The notes below the pieces were generated by a model. The model did not search any database and was not told the DNA's origin. It worked only from the letters and a program-made list of their open reading frames with translations. Both the position numbers and the translations under genes were made by a program. Of a stretch of DNA of 64,000 bases, positions 45,867 through 53,738 are shown in pieces (within the stretch, counting starts at the first letter, position 1; each line of letters begins with the position of its first letter). Origin of the DNA: an uncultured Collinsella sp. (GTDB lineage: Bacteria; Actinomycetota; Coriobacteriia; Coriobacteriales; Coriobacteriaceae). The DNA is taken from assembly GCA_905208635.1 (NCBI GenBank), contig CAJLPX010000006.1, forward strand, positions 20,499 to 84,498, given 5' to 3'.

Positions 45867-47595
45867 AGAAGAATGTCCATCTGTTAAACACGTCTCATTG
45901 GGCGGCAATTACATTACTCGTTTAGCAGATGACTGCATGAAAGAATGGCATCCCTTTTTTGAATACATTGATTCGATAATGATGTATGACGGCGAAGAGC
46001 CGCTTGCACGTCTTCTTGAGGCTCTTGACTCTGGTGATGACAATCTCGACTGTGTTCCAAACCTTTGCCATGCTAAAGGTGGAAAGATATATAAAAACCA
46101 TCGGATTGAGCAAACATTTATCAACGATACAGTTCCCGATTTCGATGGCTTCGCCCTTTCTAAATACTTCATGCCTGAGCTAATATTGCCGGTTTATTCC
46201 TCTAGGCAGTGTTTTAATCATTGCGCCTTCTGCACCATTCCCGGTGCTACCGGTGGTTGTTACCGAAAGATGCCTATATCGAGAGTATTTGAAATAATGT
46301 GTCGGTTAAATGAAAAATACGGCACGAGAGTTTTCTCTTTTGTGGATGAAACATTCGAAGGCAAAAGAATGGAGCAACTCGCGGATGAAATAAACGCATC
46401 GGGAAAAACGTTTTTCTGGCATGGAGAAACGAGGTTCTCTCCAACCCTAAGTACAGACGTTTTTAACAAGATATACCAAAGTGGATGTAGGCAGATTCAG
46501 TTTGGCCTCGAGTCATACAACCAAAGAGTTCTTGATCTAATGAAGAAGAACACGAGAGTTGATTGGATTGATCGCAATATCCATGATTGTCTCAATGCGG
46601 GTATTCCTGTTCATCTATTTTTTATGATTGGCTTTCCGACCGAAACTAAAGAAGAGGCTCTGAACACCTTAGCTTATACAGAGAATGTTTTGAATTATTC
46701 AAAACAGGTATGTGGTGTTCCATATTCCACGAGAGGATTTACGAATTTTGGTCTCGTTATGGGGTCGGATGTTTGGAATCATCCCGATAAGTATGGTGTC
46801 TCTGTAATGCCGCAGTCCCAATATGAGGATTTGCGCCTCGAAGTAGATTATGTTTCAGGCACTGGTTTAACTTTAAATGAAGCAAAATCCTTATCTGATG
46901 AGCATCATATTGATTTTTATATGCAAGAGGTCATAAACGGTAGCGACACAATTGACTTGCCCCAGCGGCTTCATATTTCAGAGGTGACCTGGATCCTAGA
47001 TTCTATTCACGCTGTCAGGTATAAGGGACATTTGACCAAAGTAAAGCGACGGCTAACTAGTCTAAATCCAGCTGATCGAATCTGGCTGGATTCCAAGACC
47101 TCTGTCGTGCTCGTTGAGCCATTTGCCTACTTCTATAATTCTGAATACCATCATGTCTATGCTGTTTCCCAGTTGGTATACCATAAGTTGGCCCGTTTAT
47201 TGGAGGCCGATTGTAGCATTTCTCTTATTCTTGATCAGGGCGACCTCGAGCTGACAAGGGCGATAGAAGAACTGTTGCATTATGGATTGCTGAATACAAA
47301 TATCGATGCCGATTATGTAATGCACGATAATGGTTTTCAATTGGTTAAAAGCTCGTTTGTTAAAGAAGTCGGACGCTCAAAAGAGGGGTTAAGAGTACTG
47401 CTGAGTTGTGCCACCCATAGAATGTGTGCGGTTAATGATTTTTCGTTCGCTTTGCTTTCGTTGTTTGAAAAGCCGATTACTAAGAACGAGGTGCGCGACA
47501 TTTTGAAAAAAGAGGGACTATCGACAAGCGAGGAGCAATTAAACAAGTTGGTTGATAATTGCATGAAAGCAGATATACTACAACTGATTAGATAG
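45832..47595 (+). CDS. B12-binding radical SAM enzyme: remainder of the B12 domain, radical SAM core and two C-terminal PqqD/RRE-like modules
   Basis: ISAVTLAKLIKEECPSVKHVSLGGNY completes the B12-binding domain. CX3CX2C is CFNHCAFC (46210-46233). The C-terminal 170 aa or so show two wHTH-like repeats. Confidence 0.85.
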   Translation: MISAVTLAKLIKEECPSVKHVSLGGNYITRLADDCMKEWHPFFEYIDSIMMYDGEEPLARLLEALDSGDDNLDCVPNLCHAKGGKIYKNHRIEQTFINDTVPDFDGFALSKYFMPELILPVYSSRQCFNHCAFCTIPGATGGCYRKMPISRVFEIMCRLNEKYGTRVFSFVDETFEGKRMEQLADEINASGKTFFWHGETRFSPTLSTDVFNKIYQSGCRQIQFGLESYNQRVLDLMKKNTRVDWIDRNIHDCLNAGIPVHLFFMIGFPTETKEEALNTLAYTENVLNYSKQVCGVPYSTRGFTNFGLVMGSDVWNHPDKYGVSVMPQSQYEDLRLEVDYVSGTGLTLNEAKSLSDEHHIDFYMQEVINGSDTIDLPQRLHISEVTWILDSIHAVRYKGHLTKVKRRLTSLNPADRIWLDSKTSVVLVEPFAYFYNSEYHHVYAVSQLVYHKLARLLEADCSISLILDQGDLELTRAIEELLHYGLLNTNIDADYVMHDNGFQLVKSSFVKEVGRSKEGLRVLLSCATHRMCAVNDFSFALLSLFEKPITKNEVRDILKKEGLSTSEEQLNKLVDNCMKADILQLIR

Positions 47596-47608
47596 AGGAG
47601 GTTTCTGC

Positions 47609-47719
47609 ATGGACGTTATTAACAAAGATCTCTTGGAGCAACTGAAAGAGTCTCAGGAAGAGGGCGTCGTGGTAGAAGTGTTCGACTTTGAGGACTACAT
47701 GGATAAATTCTGCCATTAG
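47609..47719 (+). CDS. 36-aa acidic peptide, candidate RiPP precursor (absent from the ORF track)
   Basis: GAGGAGG lies 7 nt upstream of ATG 47609. The product is MDVINKDLLEQLKESQEEGVVVEVFDFEDYMDKFCH. TAG at 47717-47719, and a terminator follows. Confidence 0.6.
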   Translation: MDVINKDLLEQLKESQEEGVVVEVFDFEDYMDKFCH

Positions 47720-47743
47720 TTTCGGAATTTACTTGCCTCGCTT

Positions 47744-47780
47744 AAAGGAGAAGTCGATTATCGATTTCTCCTTTTTTAAT
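47744..47780 (+). terminator. Terminator closing the radical SAM / peptide operon
   Basis: AAAGGAGAAGTCGAT/ATCGATTTCTCCTTT stem followed by TTTAAT. Confidence 0.8.
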
Positions 47781-47907
47781 TAAAGATTTTTTTGGAATAC
47801 ATGCTCTTAGCACAGGTTAGCGTCTCAGTAAACTGGGAGGTTGCTTTGGCTAGTTAGAGATATGTGAACGTCCGTTAGACTGAATCTCAGGGTAGAAGGG
47901 GCCTCCA

Positions 47908-49908
47908 GTGTCCAGATCAACAAGGCAATGCTGCGTTTCGGCTAATAAGAACGACGGCTTTTTGCGCGTGGCGGCGGCGTCGCCGCGGATTCGCGTGGCC
48001 GATGTCGAGGGCAATGCCGAGGTTGCGCTGGCGGCTGTTCGCGAGGCTACCGAGCGCGGCGTTCGCGCGCTGGTGCTGCCCGAGCTTAACCTGACCGGCT
48101 ATACCGCGGCCGACCTGTTCCATAATCGCACGCTGCTGCATGCCTGCGAGGCTGCTCTGGTGCATATCCTCGATGAGACTCGTGAGCTGCCGATTGTCTT
48201 TACCATCGGTCTTCCCGTTGCGGTGGCTGAAAACATCTACAACTGTGCCGCCGTGTGCTGTGCGGGTGAGCTTTTGGGTCTTACGGCCAAGAAGTATCTG
48301 CCCAACTATGGCGAGTTCTATGAGCGTCGCTGGTTTGCTCCGGCGCCTGCGGATCCCGTGTGGGTTGAATTTGCCGGTCAGGGTCCGGTTCCGCTGGGTT
48401 CGGGGCTTGTCTACCGCTGCTGTGATGAGGGTGCCGAGGATCTGGTGCTGGGCATCGAGGTGTGCGAGGACCTGTGGGTGCCGGCGCCCCCCTCGACTGA
48501 GATGGCACTTGCCGGTGCGACGGTGATCCTTAACCCGTCGGCCTCGGACGAGATCATCGGCAAGGCAGATTACCGCCGCAGCCTCATCTCCAATCAGAGC
48601 GCACGCCTGTACTGCGCCTATGCCTACGCGGACGCGAGCGAGGGCGAGTCCACGACCGACATGGTCTTTGCGGGCGAGAATCTTATCTACGAAAACGGCT
48701 CGAAGCTCGCTGCTACCAAGCTGCTCACCTGCGACATGGCGGTGGCCGATGTCGACCTCGACCGTCTGGTTGCCGAACGCCGCCGCTCGACGACGTGGAC
48801 ACGCGCGGACGATACGCCGGAGGCCACGACCGTTGAGTTTTCGTTTGAGGGCGTGTTGGCCGAACAGCCCGTCCTGCGCGATGCCTGCGATATCGACCGC
48901 GTTTTCCCGCGCGCGCCCTTTGTGCCGGCAGACCACGGTGATCTGGCCGAGCGCTGCGAGACCATCCTCGACCTGCAGACCGCGGGCCTTAAGACACGCC
49001 TTGCCCACACGGGCACCAAGGCGGCCGTCATCGGCCTTTCGGGCGGCCTCGATTCCACGCTGGCGCTCCTCGTGACCGTGCGTGCGTTCGACGCCTTGGG
49101 CCTGCCGCGCACCGGTATCACGGCCGTGTCCATGCCCGGCTTTGGCACGACGCACCGCACCAAGTCCAATGCCGAGTCGCTCGCTCGCGACCTAGGCGTG
49201 AGTTTCCGCGAGGTTTCGATCCACGCGGCTGTGGAGCAGCACTTCAAGGACATCGAGCATGATCCGACCGTGCAGGACGTGACCTACGAGAACAGCCAGG
49301 CGCGCGAGCGTACGCAGATTCTGATGGATCTGGCCAACCAGGCTGGCGGTTTTGTCATCGGCACGGGCGACCTCAGTGAGCTGGCGCTCGGCTGGGCTAC
49401 CTATAACGGCGACCACATGAGCATGTACGCCGTCAACGCGAGCGTGCCCAAGACGCTTGTGCGCCATCTGGTGCGCTATGCCGCTGACGTTTTTGGCGGG
49501 CGTATTGCCGAGGTCTTGCTCGATATCCTTGATACGCCGGTGTCCCCCGAGCTTCTGCCGCCCACGGGCGACGGCGAGATTGCGCAGAAGACTGAGGATT
49601 TGGTGGGCCCGTACGAGCTGCACGACTACTTCCTCTACTACCTGCTGCGTTTTGGCTTTGAGCCGGGCAAGATCTACCGCATGGCGCTCAAGAGCTTCGA
49701 GGGCGTCTACGACGCCAAGACCGTCCGCACGTGGCTGCGTACGTTCTACCGTCGCTTCTTTGCCCAGCAGTTTAAGCGCAGCTGCCTGCCCGATGGTCCC
49801 AAGGTGGGCTCGGTGACGCTCAGCCCGCGCGGCGATTGGCGTATGCCGAGTGACGCTAGCTCGCGTCTGTGGCTTGCGCAGATCGACGCGCTCAATCCAG
49901 TTGACTAA
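47908..49908 (+). CDS. nadE: Glutamine-dependent NAD+ synthetase
   Basis: N-terminal CN-hydrolase domain (..LVLPELNLTGY.., ..EVCEDLW..) and a C-terminal synthetase domain with SGGLDSTLALLV. GTG 47908 sits behind GAAGGGG. Confidence 0.9.
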   Translation: MSRSTRQCCVSANKNDGFLRVAAASPRIRVADVEGNAEVALAAVREATERGVRALVLPELNLTGYTAADLFHNRTLLHACEAALVHILDETRELPIVFTIGLPVAVAENIYNCAAVCCAGELLGLTAKKYLPNYGEFYERRWFAPAPADPVWVEFAGQGPVPLGSGLVYRCCDEGAEDLVLGIEVCEDLWVPAPPSTEMALAGATVILNPSASDEIIGKADYRRSLISNQSARLYCAYAYADASEGESTTDMVFAGENLIYENGSKLAATKLLTCDMAVADVDLDRLVAERRRSTTWTRADDTPEATTVEFSFEGVLAEQPVLRDACDIDRVFPRAPFVPADHGDLAERCETILDLQTAGLKTRLAHTGTKAAVIGLSGGLDSTLALLVTVRAFDALGLPRTGITAVSMPGFGTTHRTKSNAESLARDLGVSFREVSIHAAVEQHFKDIEHDPTVQDVTYENSQARERTQILMDLANQAGGFVIGTGDLSELALGWATYNGDHMSMYAVNASVPKTLVRHLVRYAADVFGGRIAEVLLDILDTPVSPELLPPTGDGEIAQKTEDLVGPYELHDYFLYYLLRFGFEPGKIYRMALKSFEGVYDAKTVRTWLRTFYRRFFAQQFKRSCLPDGPKVGSVTLSPRGDWRMPSDASSRLWLAQIDALNPVD

Positions 49909-50026
49909 GGTTGGCTAAATTGAACCAATACGGGGGTTGCAAGCGTTACACTTTTGCAATCTGATGGCCCGTATCGCGCGGCACTCTTGTCGGAGCGCCG
50001 CGTTTTTTATATCGAAAGGTGGCACC

Positions 50027-51190
50027 ATGCAGGCATCGCAGCGTCTCGACCGCTTTGGCGCGGAGGTCTTCGCCTCGCTCAACAACAAGCTTCTCGCGCT
50101 GAAGGCTCAGGGCAAGACCATTTACAACATGAGCGTGGGCACGCCCGACTTTAAGCCGTACGACCACGTGGTCGAGGCGCTCACGCAGGCAGCCCAAGAT
50201 CCCGAGATGTGGAAGTATGCCCTGCGCGACCTGCCCGAACTCAAGCAGGCCGTGTGCGATTACTATGAGCGTCGCTTTGGCGTTTCGGGCATTACGCCGT
50301 CCATGGTGCAGTCGTGCAACGGCACGCAGGAGGGGGTGGGCCATTTGGGCCTTGCCCTGCTCGATCCGGGTGACACCATTTTGGTTCCCGATCCGTGTTA
50401 CCCGGTCTTTGAGGCGGGTGCCAAGATCGCCGATGCCAAGCTCGAATACTATCCGCTGGTTGCCGAGCACAATTACCTGCCCTATGTGGCGGGTATCGAT
50501 CCCGAGGTGGCTGATCGTGCCAAGTATATGATCGTGTCGCTGCCCGCGAACCCGGTCGGCTCGGTGGGCACTCCCGAGGTCTACGAGGAGATCATCGCTT
50601 TCGCCCGCGAGCACGACCTGCTCATCGTCCATGACAACGCGTACTCCGACATCGTGTTCGACGGCGAGCCGGGCGGCAGCTTCTTGCAGTATCCCGGCGC
50701 GCTCGAGGTGGGCGTTGAGTTCTTCTCGCTCTCCAAGTCGTTTAACGTCACCGGTGCGCGTATCGGCTTTTTGGTCGGCCGCGAGGACGTGGTCTCGGCC
50801 TTTGCCAAGCTGCGCGGCCAGATCGACTTCGGTATGTTCTTCCCGATTCAGAAGGCCGCCATCGCCTGCCTGAACGGTCCGCGCGATGAGGTCGAGGCGC
50901 AGCGTCTGAAGTACCAGGAGCGCCGCGATGCCCTGTGCGACGGTCTTGAGGGCCTGGGCTGGGAGCGTCCCAACGCACATGGCTCTATGTTTGTGTGGGC
51001 CAAGCTTCCCGGTGGTCGCACCGATTCCATGGCGTTTTGCGAGGAGCTCATGGAGAAGGCCGGCGTTGTGGTGACGCCGGGCGCGAGCTTTGGTCCTTCG
51101 GGCGAGGGACACGTGCGCATGGCGCTGGTCCTGCCGCCCGACCAGATTGCTTTGGCTGTCGAGGCCATTCGTGAGGCGGGCCTGTATTAG
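50027..51190 (+). CDS. Class I/II PLP-dependent aminotransferase
   Basis: ..NMSVGTPDF.., ..DPCYPVF.., ..HDNAYSD.., ..SLSKSFNVTGARIG.. blocks. ATG 50027 sits behind GAAAGGTGG. Confidence 0.85.
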   Translation: MQASQRLDRFGAEVFASLNNKLLALKAQGKTIYNMSVGTPDFKPYDHVVEALTQAAQDPEMWKYALRDLPELKQAVCDYYERRFGVSGITPSMVQSCNGTQEGVGHLGLALLDPGDTILVPDPCYPVFEAGAKIADAKLEYYPLVAEHNYLPYVAGIDPEVADRAKYMIVSLPANPVGSVGTPEVYEEIIAFAREHDLLIVHDNAYSDIVFDGEPGGSFLQYPGALEVGVEFFSLSKSFNVTGARIGFLVGREDVVSAFAKLRGQIDFGMFFPIQKAAIACLNGPRDEVEAQRLKYQERRDALCDGLEGLGWERPNAHGSMFVWAKLPGGRTDSMAFCEELMEKAGVVVTPGASFGPSGEGHVRMALVLPPDQIALAVEAIREAGLY

Positions 51191-51391
51191 AAACGTATTT
51201 CGACTCGTCAATAGCTCGAAACCGATTTCGTGCAGTTATTTTACGAATACTGCAAACAATTTCGGTAAACGGTCGATTTTTGGCTGCGAATAGGAGCATA
51301 ATCAAAGTCCCGATTGGATGTATTGGGATTACGGCAAGCCGCTCGGGTCGTTCCCGGGCGGCTTGTTTGTGGAGAGAGATGGGAGTTTCTA

Positions 51392-52342
51392 ATGGTTAAC
51401 GAGAAGAAGGTCGCTATTGTCGGCTGCGGTTTCGTTGGTTCGTCTTCGGCGTTCGCGCTGATGCAGAGTGGTCTGTTCTCCGAGATGGTCCTCATCGACG
51501 TGGACAAGAACCGCGCCGAGGGTGAGGCCCTGGATATCGCGCACGGCATGACGTTTGCCGAGCCGATGAAGATCTACGCCGGCGATTATTCCGATGTCGC
51601 CGACGCCGCCATGATCGTCGTCACCGCTGGCGCTGCCCAGAAGCCCGGTGAGACTCGCCTGGACCTGGTCAACAAGAACGTCAACATCTTTAAGTCCATC
51701 ATTCCCGAAATTAAGAAGTCTGGCTTCGACGGCATTCTGCTCATTGTCTCCAACCCGGTCGATGTTCTGACCTATGCCGCCATCAAGATGTCCGGCCTGC
51801 CCGAGGGCCATGTCATCGGCTCCGGCACCGTGCTCGACACTGGCCGTCTGCAGCAGATGCTTGGTGCCCACGTCGAGGTTGACCCGCGCGATGTCCAGGC
51901 CTATGTCATGGGTGAGCACGGCGACTCTGAGTTTGTCGCTTGGTCCAGCGCCCAGGTTGCCGGCGTGCCGCTGAACACTTTCTGCGAGCTTCACGGTCAT
52001 CTGGAGCATGAGGCTGCCGAGAAGCGCATCGCCGAGGACGTCAAGAACTCCGCCTACACCATCATCGAGAAGAAGCACGCCACCTACTATGGCGTCGCCA
52101 TGGCCGTCAAGCGCATCTGCACCGCCGTCATGCGCGATGAGCAGACCGTTCTGCCCGTCTCCTCGCTCATGGTGGGCGAGTATGGCCTGTCCGATCTTGC
52201 CATCTCCATGCCGACGGTCGTTGGCCGCGACGGCGTCGTCTGTCGCGTCCCCGTGCCGCTGAACGATGACGAGCAGCATGAGCTCACCGCCTCCGCCAAG
52301 GCCCTCAAGGACATCATCGACAGCGTCGACTTCTCCTGCTAA
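51392..52342 (+). CDS. ldh: L-lactate dehydrogenase
   Basis: KVAIVGCGFVGSSSAFAL, ..VVTAGAAQKPGETRLDL.., ..GEHGDSEF... Confidence 0.95.
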   Translation: MVNEKKVAIVGCGFVGSSSAFALMQSGLFSEMVLIDVDKNRAEGEALDIAHGMTFAEPMKIYAGDYSDVADAAMIVVTAGAAQKPGETRLDLVNKNVNIFKSIIPEIKKSGFDGILLIVSNPVDVLTYAAIKMSGLPEGHVIGSGTVLDTGRLQQMLGAHVEVDPRDVQAYVMGEHGDSEFVAWSSAQVAGVPLNTFCELHGHLEHEAAEKRIAEDVKNSAYTIIEKKHATYYGVAMAVKRICTAVMRDEQTVLPVSSLMVGEYGLSDLAISMPTVVGRDGVVCRVPVPLNDDEQHELTASAKALKDIIDSVDFSC

Positions 52343-52373
52343 ATCAAGCTCGCTAGAGCGAAAAGCTACAATG

Positions 52374-52409
52374 AAGGCGTCCGGGTCCACACGGCCCGGG
52401 CGCCTTTTT
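52374..52409 (+). terminator. Terminator after ldh
   Basis: AAGGCGTCCGGG/CCCGGGCGCCTT stem with one mismatch, followed by TTT. Confidence 0.7.
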
Positions 52410-52439
52410 GGTGCAAAGTAACCTGACCCCAATGCACCA
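52409..52439 (+). repeat. 31-bp palindrome-capped repeat, copy A
   Basis: TGGTGCAAAGTAACCTGACCCCAATGCACCA. The ends TGGTGCA/TGCACCA are complementary. It is 28/31 identical to 53641-53671. Confidence 0.8.
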
Positions 52440-52464
52440 TAGTTGCCCCAATGCACCATAGTTG
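52427..52464 (+). repeat. Perfect 19-bp tandem duplication
   Basis: CCCCAATGCACCATAGTTG occurs at 52427-52445 and again at 52446-52464. It overlaps the 3' half of repeat copy A. Confidence 0.85.
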
Positions 52465-52475
52465 ATGGGAGGGCC

Positions 52476-53636
52476 ATGTCGGATTCGCCTAATTTTTTAA
52501 CCTATGCCCAGACGGCGTTTGATCCGTTTGAGGAGAGGCCGTTCTGCGCGGTGGATAGCCTCGTCTTTGCGTGGTTGTCCTATTTGCGTTTGCCGGGTGA
52601 TATGGCGGAGCTGACGAACTGGCAGGGCCTAGACGTACGCGAGCTGCTGCGTGCCGAGTGCTACCGGGACATGATTGACGACTTGTGGGACCCGGAGGGG
52701 AGCAAGGCCTTGCTGGAGGCCGTGGCAGCAAGTCCTCGCTACCGTGGCGTGCACGTTTGCGGCTATCGTGCCGTGAGCGATGTGGTGGCGACAGAGCAGT
52801 TTGCAGCCATGGCGTTCCGGTTTCCGGCGGGGTTTAGCTATCTTTCCTTCCGGGGGACCGACAGCACGATTGTGGGCTGGAAAGAGGACTTTAACATGGC
52901 GTTCCGGTATCCTGTGCCGGCCCAGGAATCCGCGGCGCGTTATGTGGACGAGGCGGCGGATGCGATTGACGGGCCGCTTTTGTGCGGAGGTCATTCCAAG
53001 GGTGGAAACCTTGCGGTGTACGGTGCGGCGATGTGCTCCGATGTCGCCCGTGCACGAATCGAACAGGCGTATTCCCATGATGGTCCGGGTTTCGTCGAGG
53101 AGTTTCTGAACGGCAACGCCTTTGCCGATCTTTCCGGTCGAATCGACAAGACGCTACCTCGGTCGTCGATCTTTGGCATGATGTTCGAGACGCAGGAGGA
53201 CTATGCCATCGTTGAGAGCACCGAGTTCAGCCTGCTGCAGCACAATCCCTTTAGCTGGGTGGTTGATGGTCGCGACTTCGTGTACTGTGAGCGCCTGTCC
53301 GCCGGTGCTCGATACGTTGATGGCTCCATTCGCGAGATGCTGCTTGCAGTTTCGCCTAGCGAGCGCGAGCGTTTTGTAGATGCGTTGTTCTCCGTGTTTG
53401 AGGCTACGGGTGCTGAGCGGTTTGCGGATATCGCTGGGAATCTGCGCGAGAGCCTGCCCGTGATGCTCCAGGCTGCGCAAGGGTTTGACAAGGATACGCG
53501 ACGCTTTGTCTCGCAGACCATCGTGGCAATTCTTAAGTGTGCGCTGCTGCCCAAACGTCCCGAGTTCAGCGTGCCTTCTAGTGGTAAGAGCCTGGCAGAA
53601 CAGCTCGAGGTATGGCAGTCCGAGCTCCTGCGCTAG
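52476..53636 (+). CDS. DUF2974 (Mbeg1-like) alpha/beta-hydrolase-fold protein
   Basis: ..LLCGGHSKGGNLAVYGA.. is a GxSxG-type nucleophile elbow. ATG 52476 sits behind GGGAGG. Confidence 0.55.
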   Translation: MSDSPNFLTYAQTAFDPFEERPFCAVDSLVFAWLSYLRLPGDMAELTNWQGLDVRELLRAECYRDMIDDLWDPEGSKALLEAVAASPRYRGVHVCGYRAVSDVVATEQFAAMAFRFPAGFSYLSFRGTDSTIVGWKEDFNMAFRYPVPAQESAARYVDEAADAIDGPLLCGGHSKGGNLAVYGAAMCSDVARARIEQAYSHDGPGFVEEFLNGNAFADLSGRIDKTLPRSSIFGMMFETQEDYAIVESTEFSLLQHNPFSWVVDGRDFVYCERLSAGARYVDGSIREMLLAVSPSERERFVDALFSVFEATGAERFADIAGNLRESLPVMLQAAQGFDKDTRRFVSQTIVAILKCALLPKRPEFSVPSSGKSLAEQLEVWQSELLR

Positions 53637-53640
53637 CCAT

Positions 53641-53671
53641 TGGTGCAAAGCAACCTGTCCCCGATGCACCA
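53641..53671 (+). repeat. 31-bp palindrome-capped repeat, copy B
   Basis: TGGTGCAAAGCAACCTGTCCCCGATGCACCA. It starts 5 nt after the DUF2974 gene stop. Confidence 0.8.
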
Positions 53672-53738
53672 ATCTTCGATGCGCCTGGGGCGGGCTCGAC
53701 CGCTATACTGGTTCGTGCTCAATTCAATCTAGAACGGA

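Noticed and set aside
47917-51211. Long minus-strand ORFs opposite nadE (47917-49155) and the aminotransferase (49946-51211).
   Set aside because: Both are antisense to genes with clear family motifs. Neither has an SD or a recognisable domain.
51191-51391. Repeated ATTTCG motifs and short palindromes upstream of ldh, considered as Rex or cre operators.
   Set aside because: None matches TTGTGAA-N6-TTCACAA (Rex) or the cre consensus with its central CG well enough to call.
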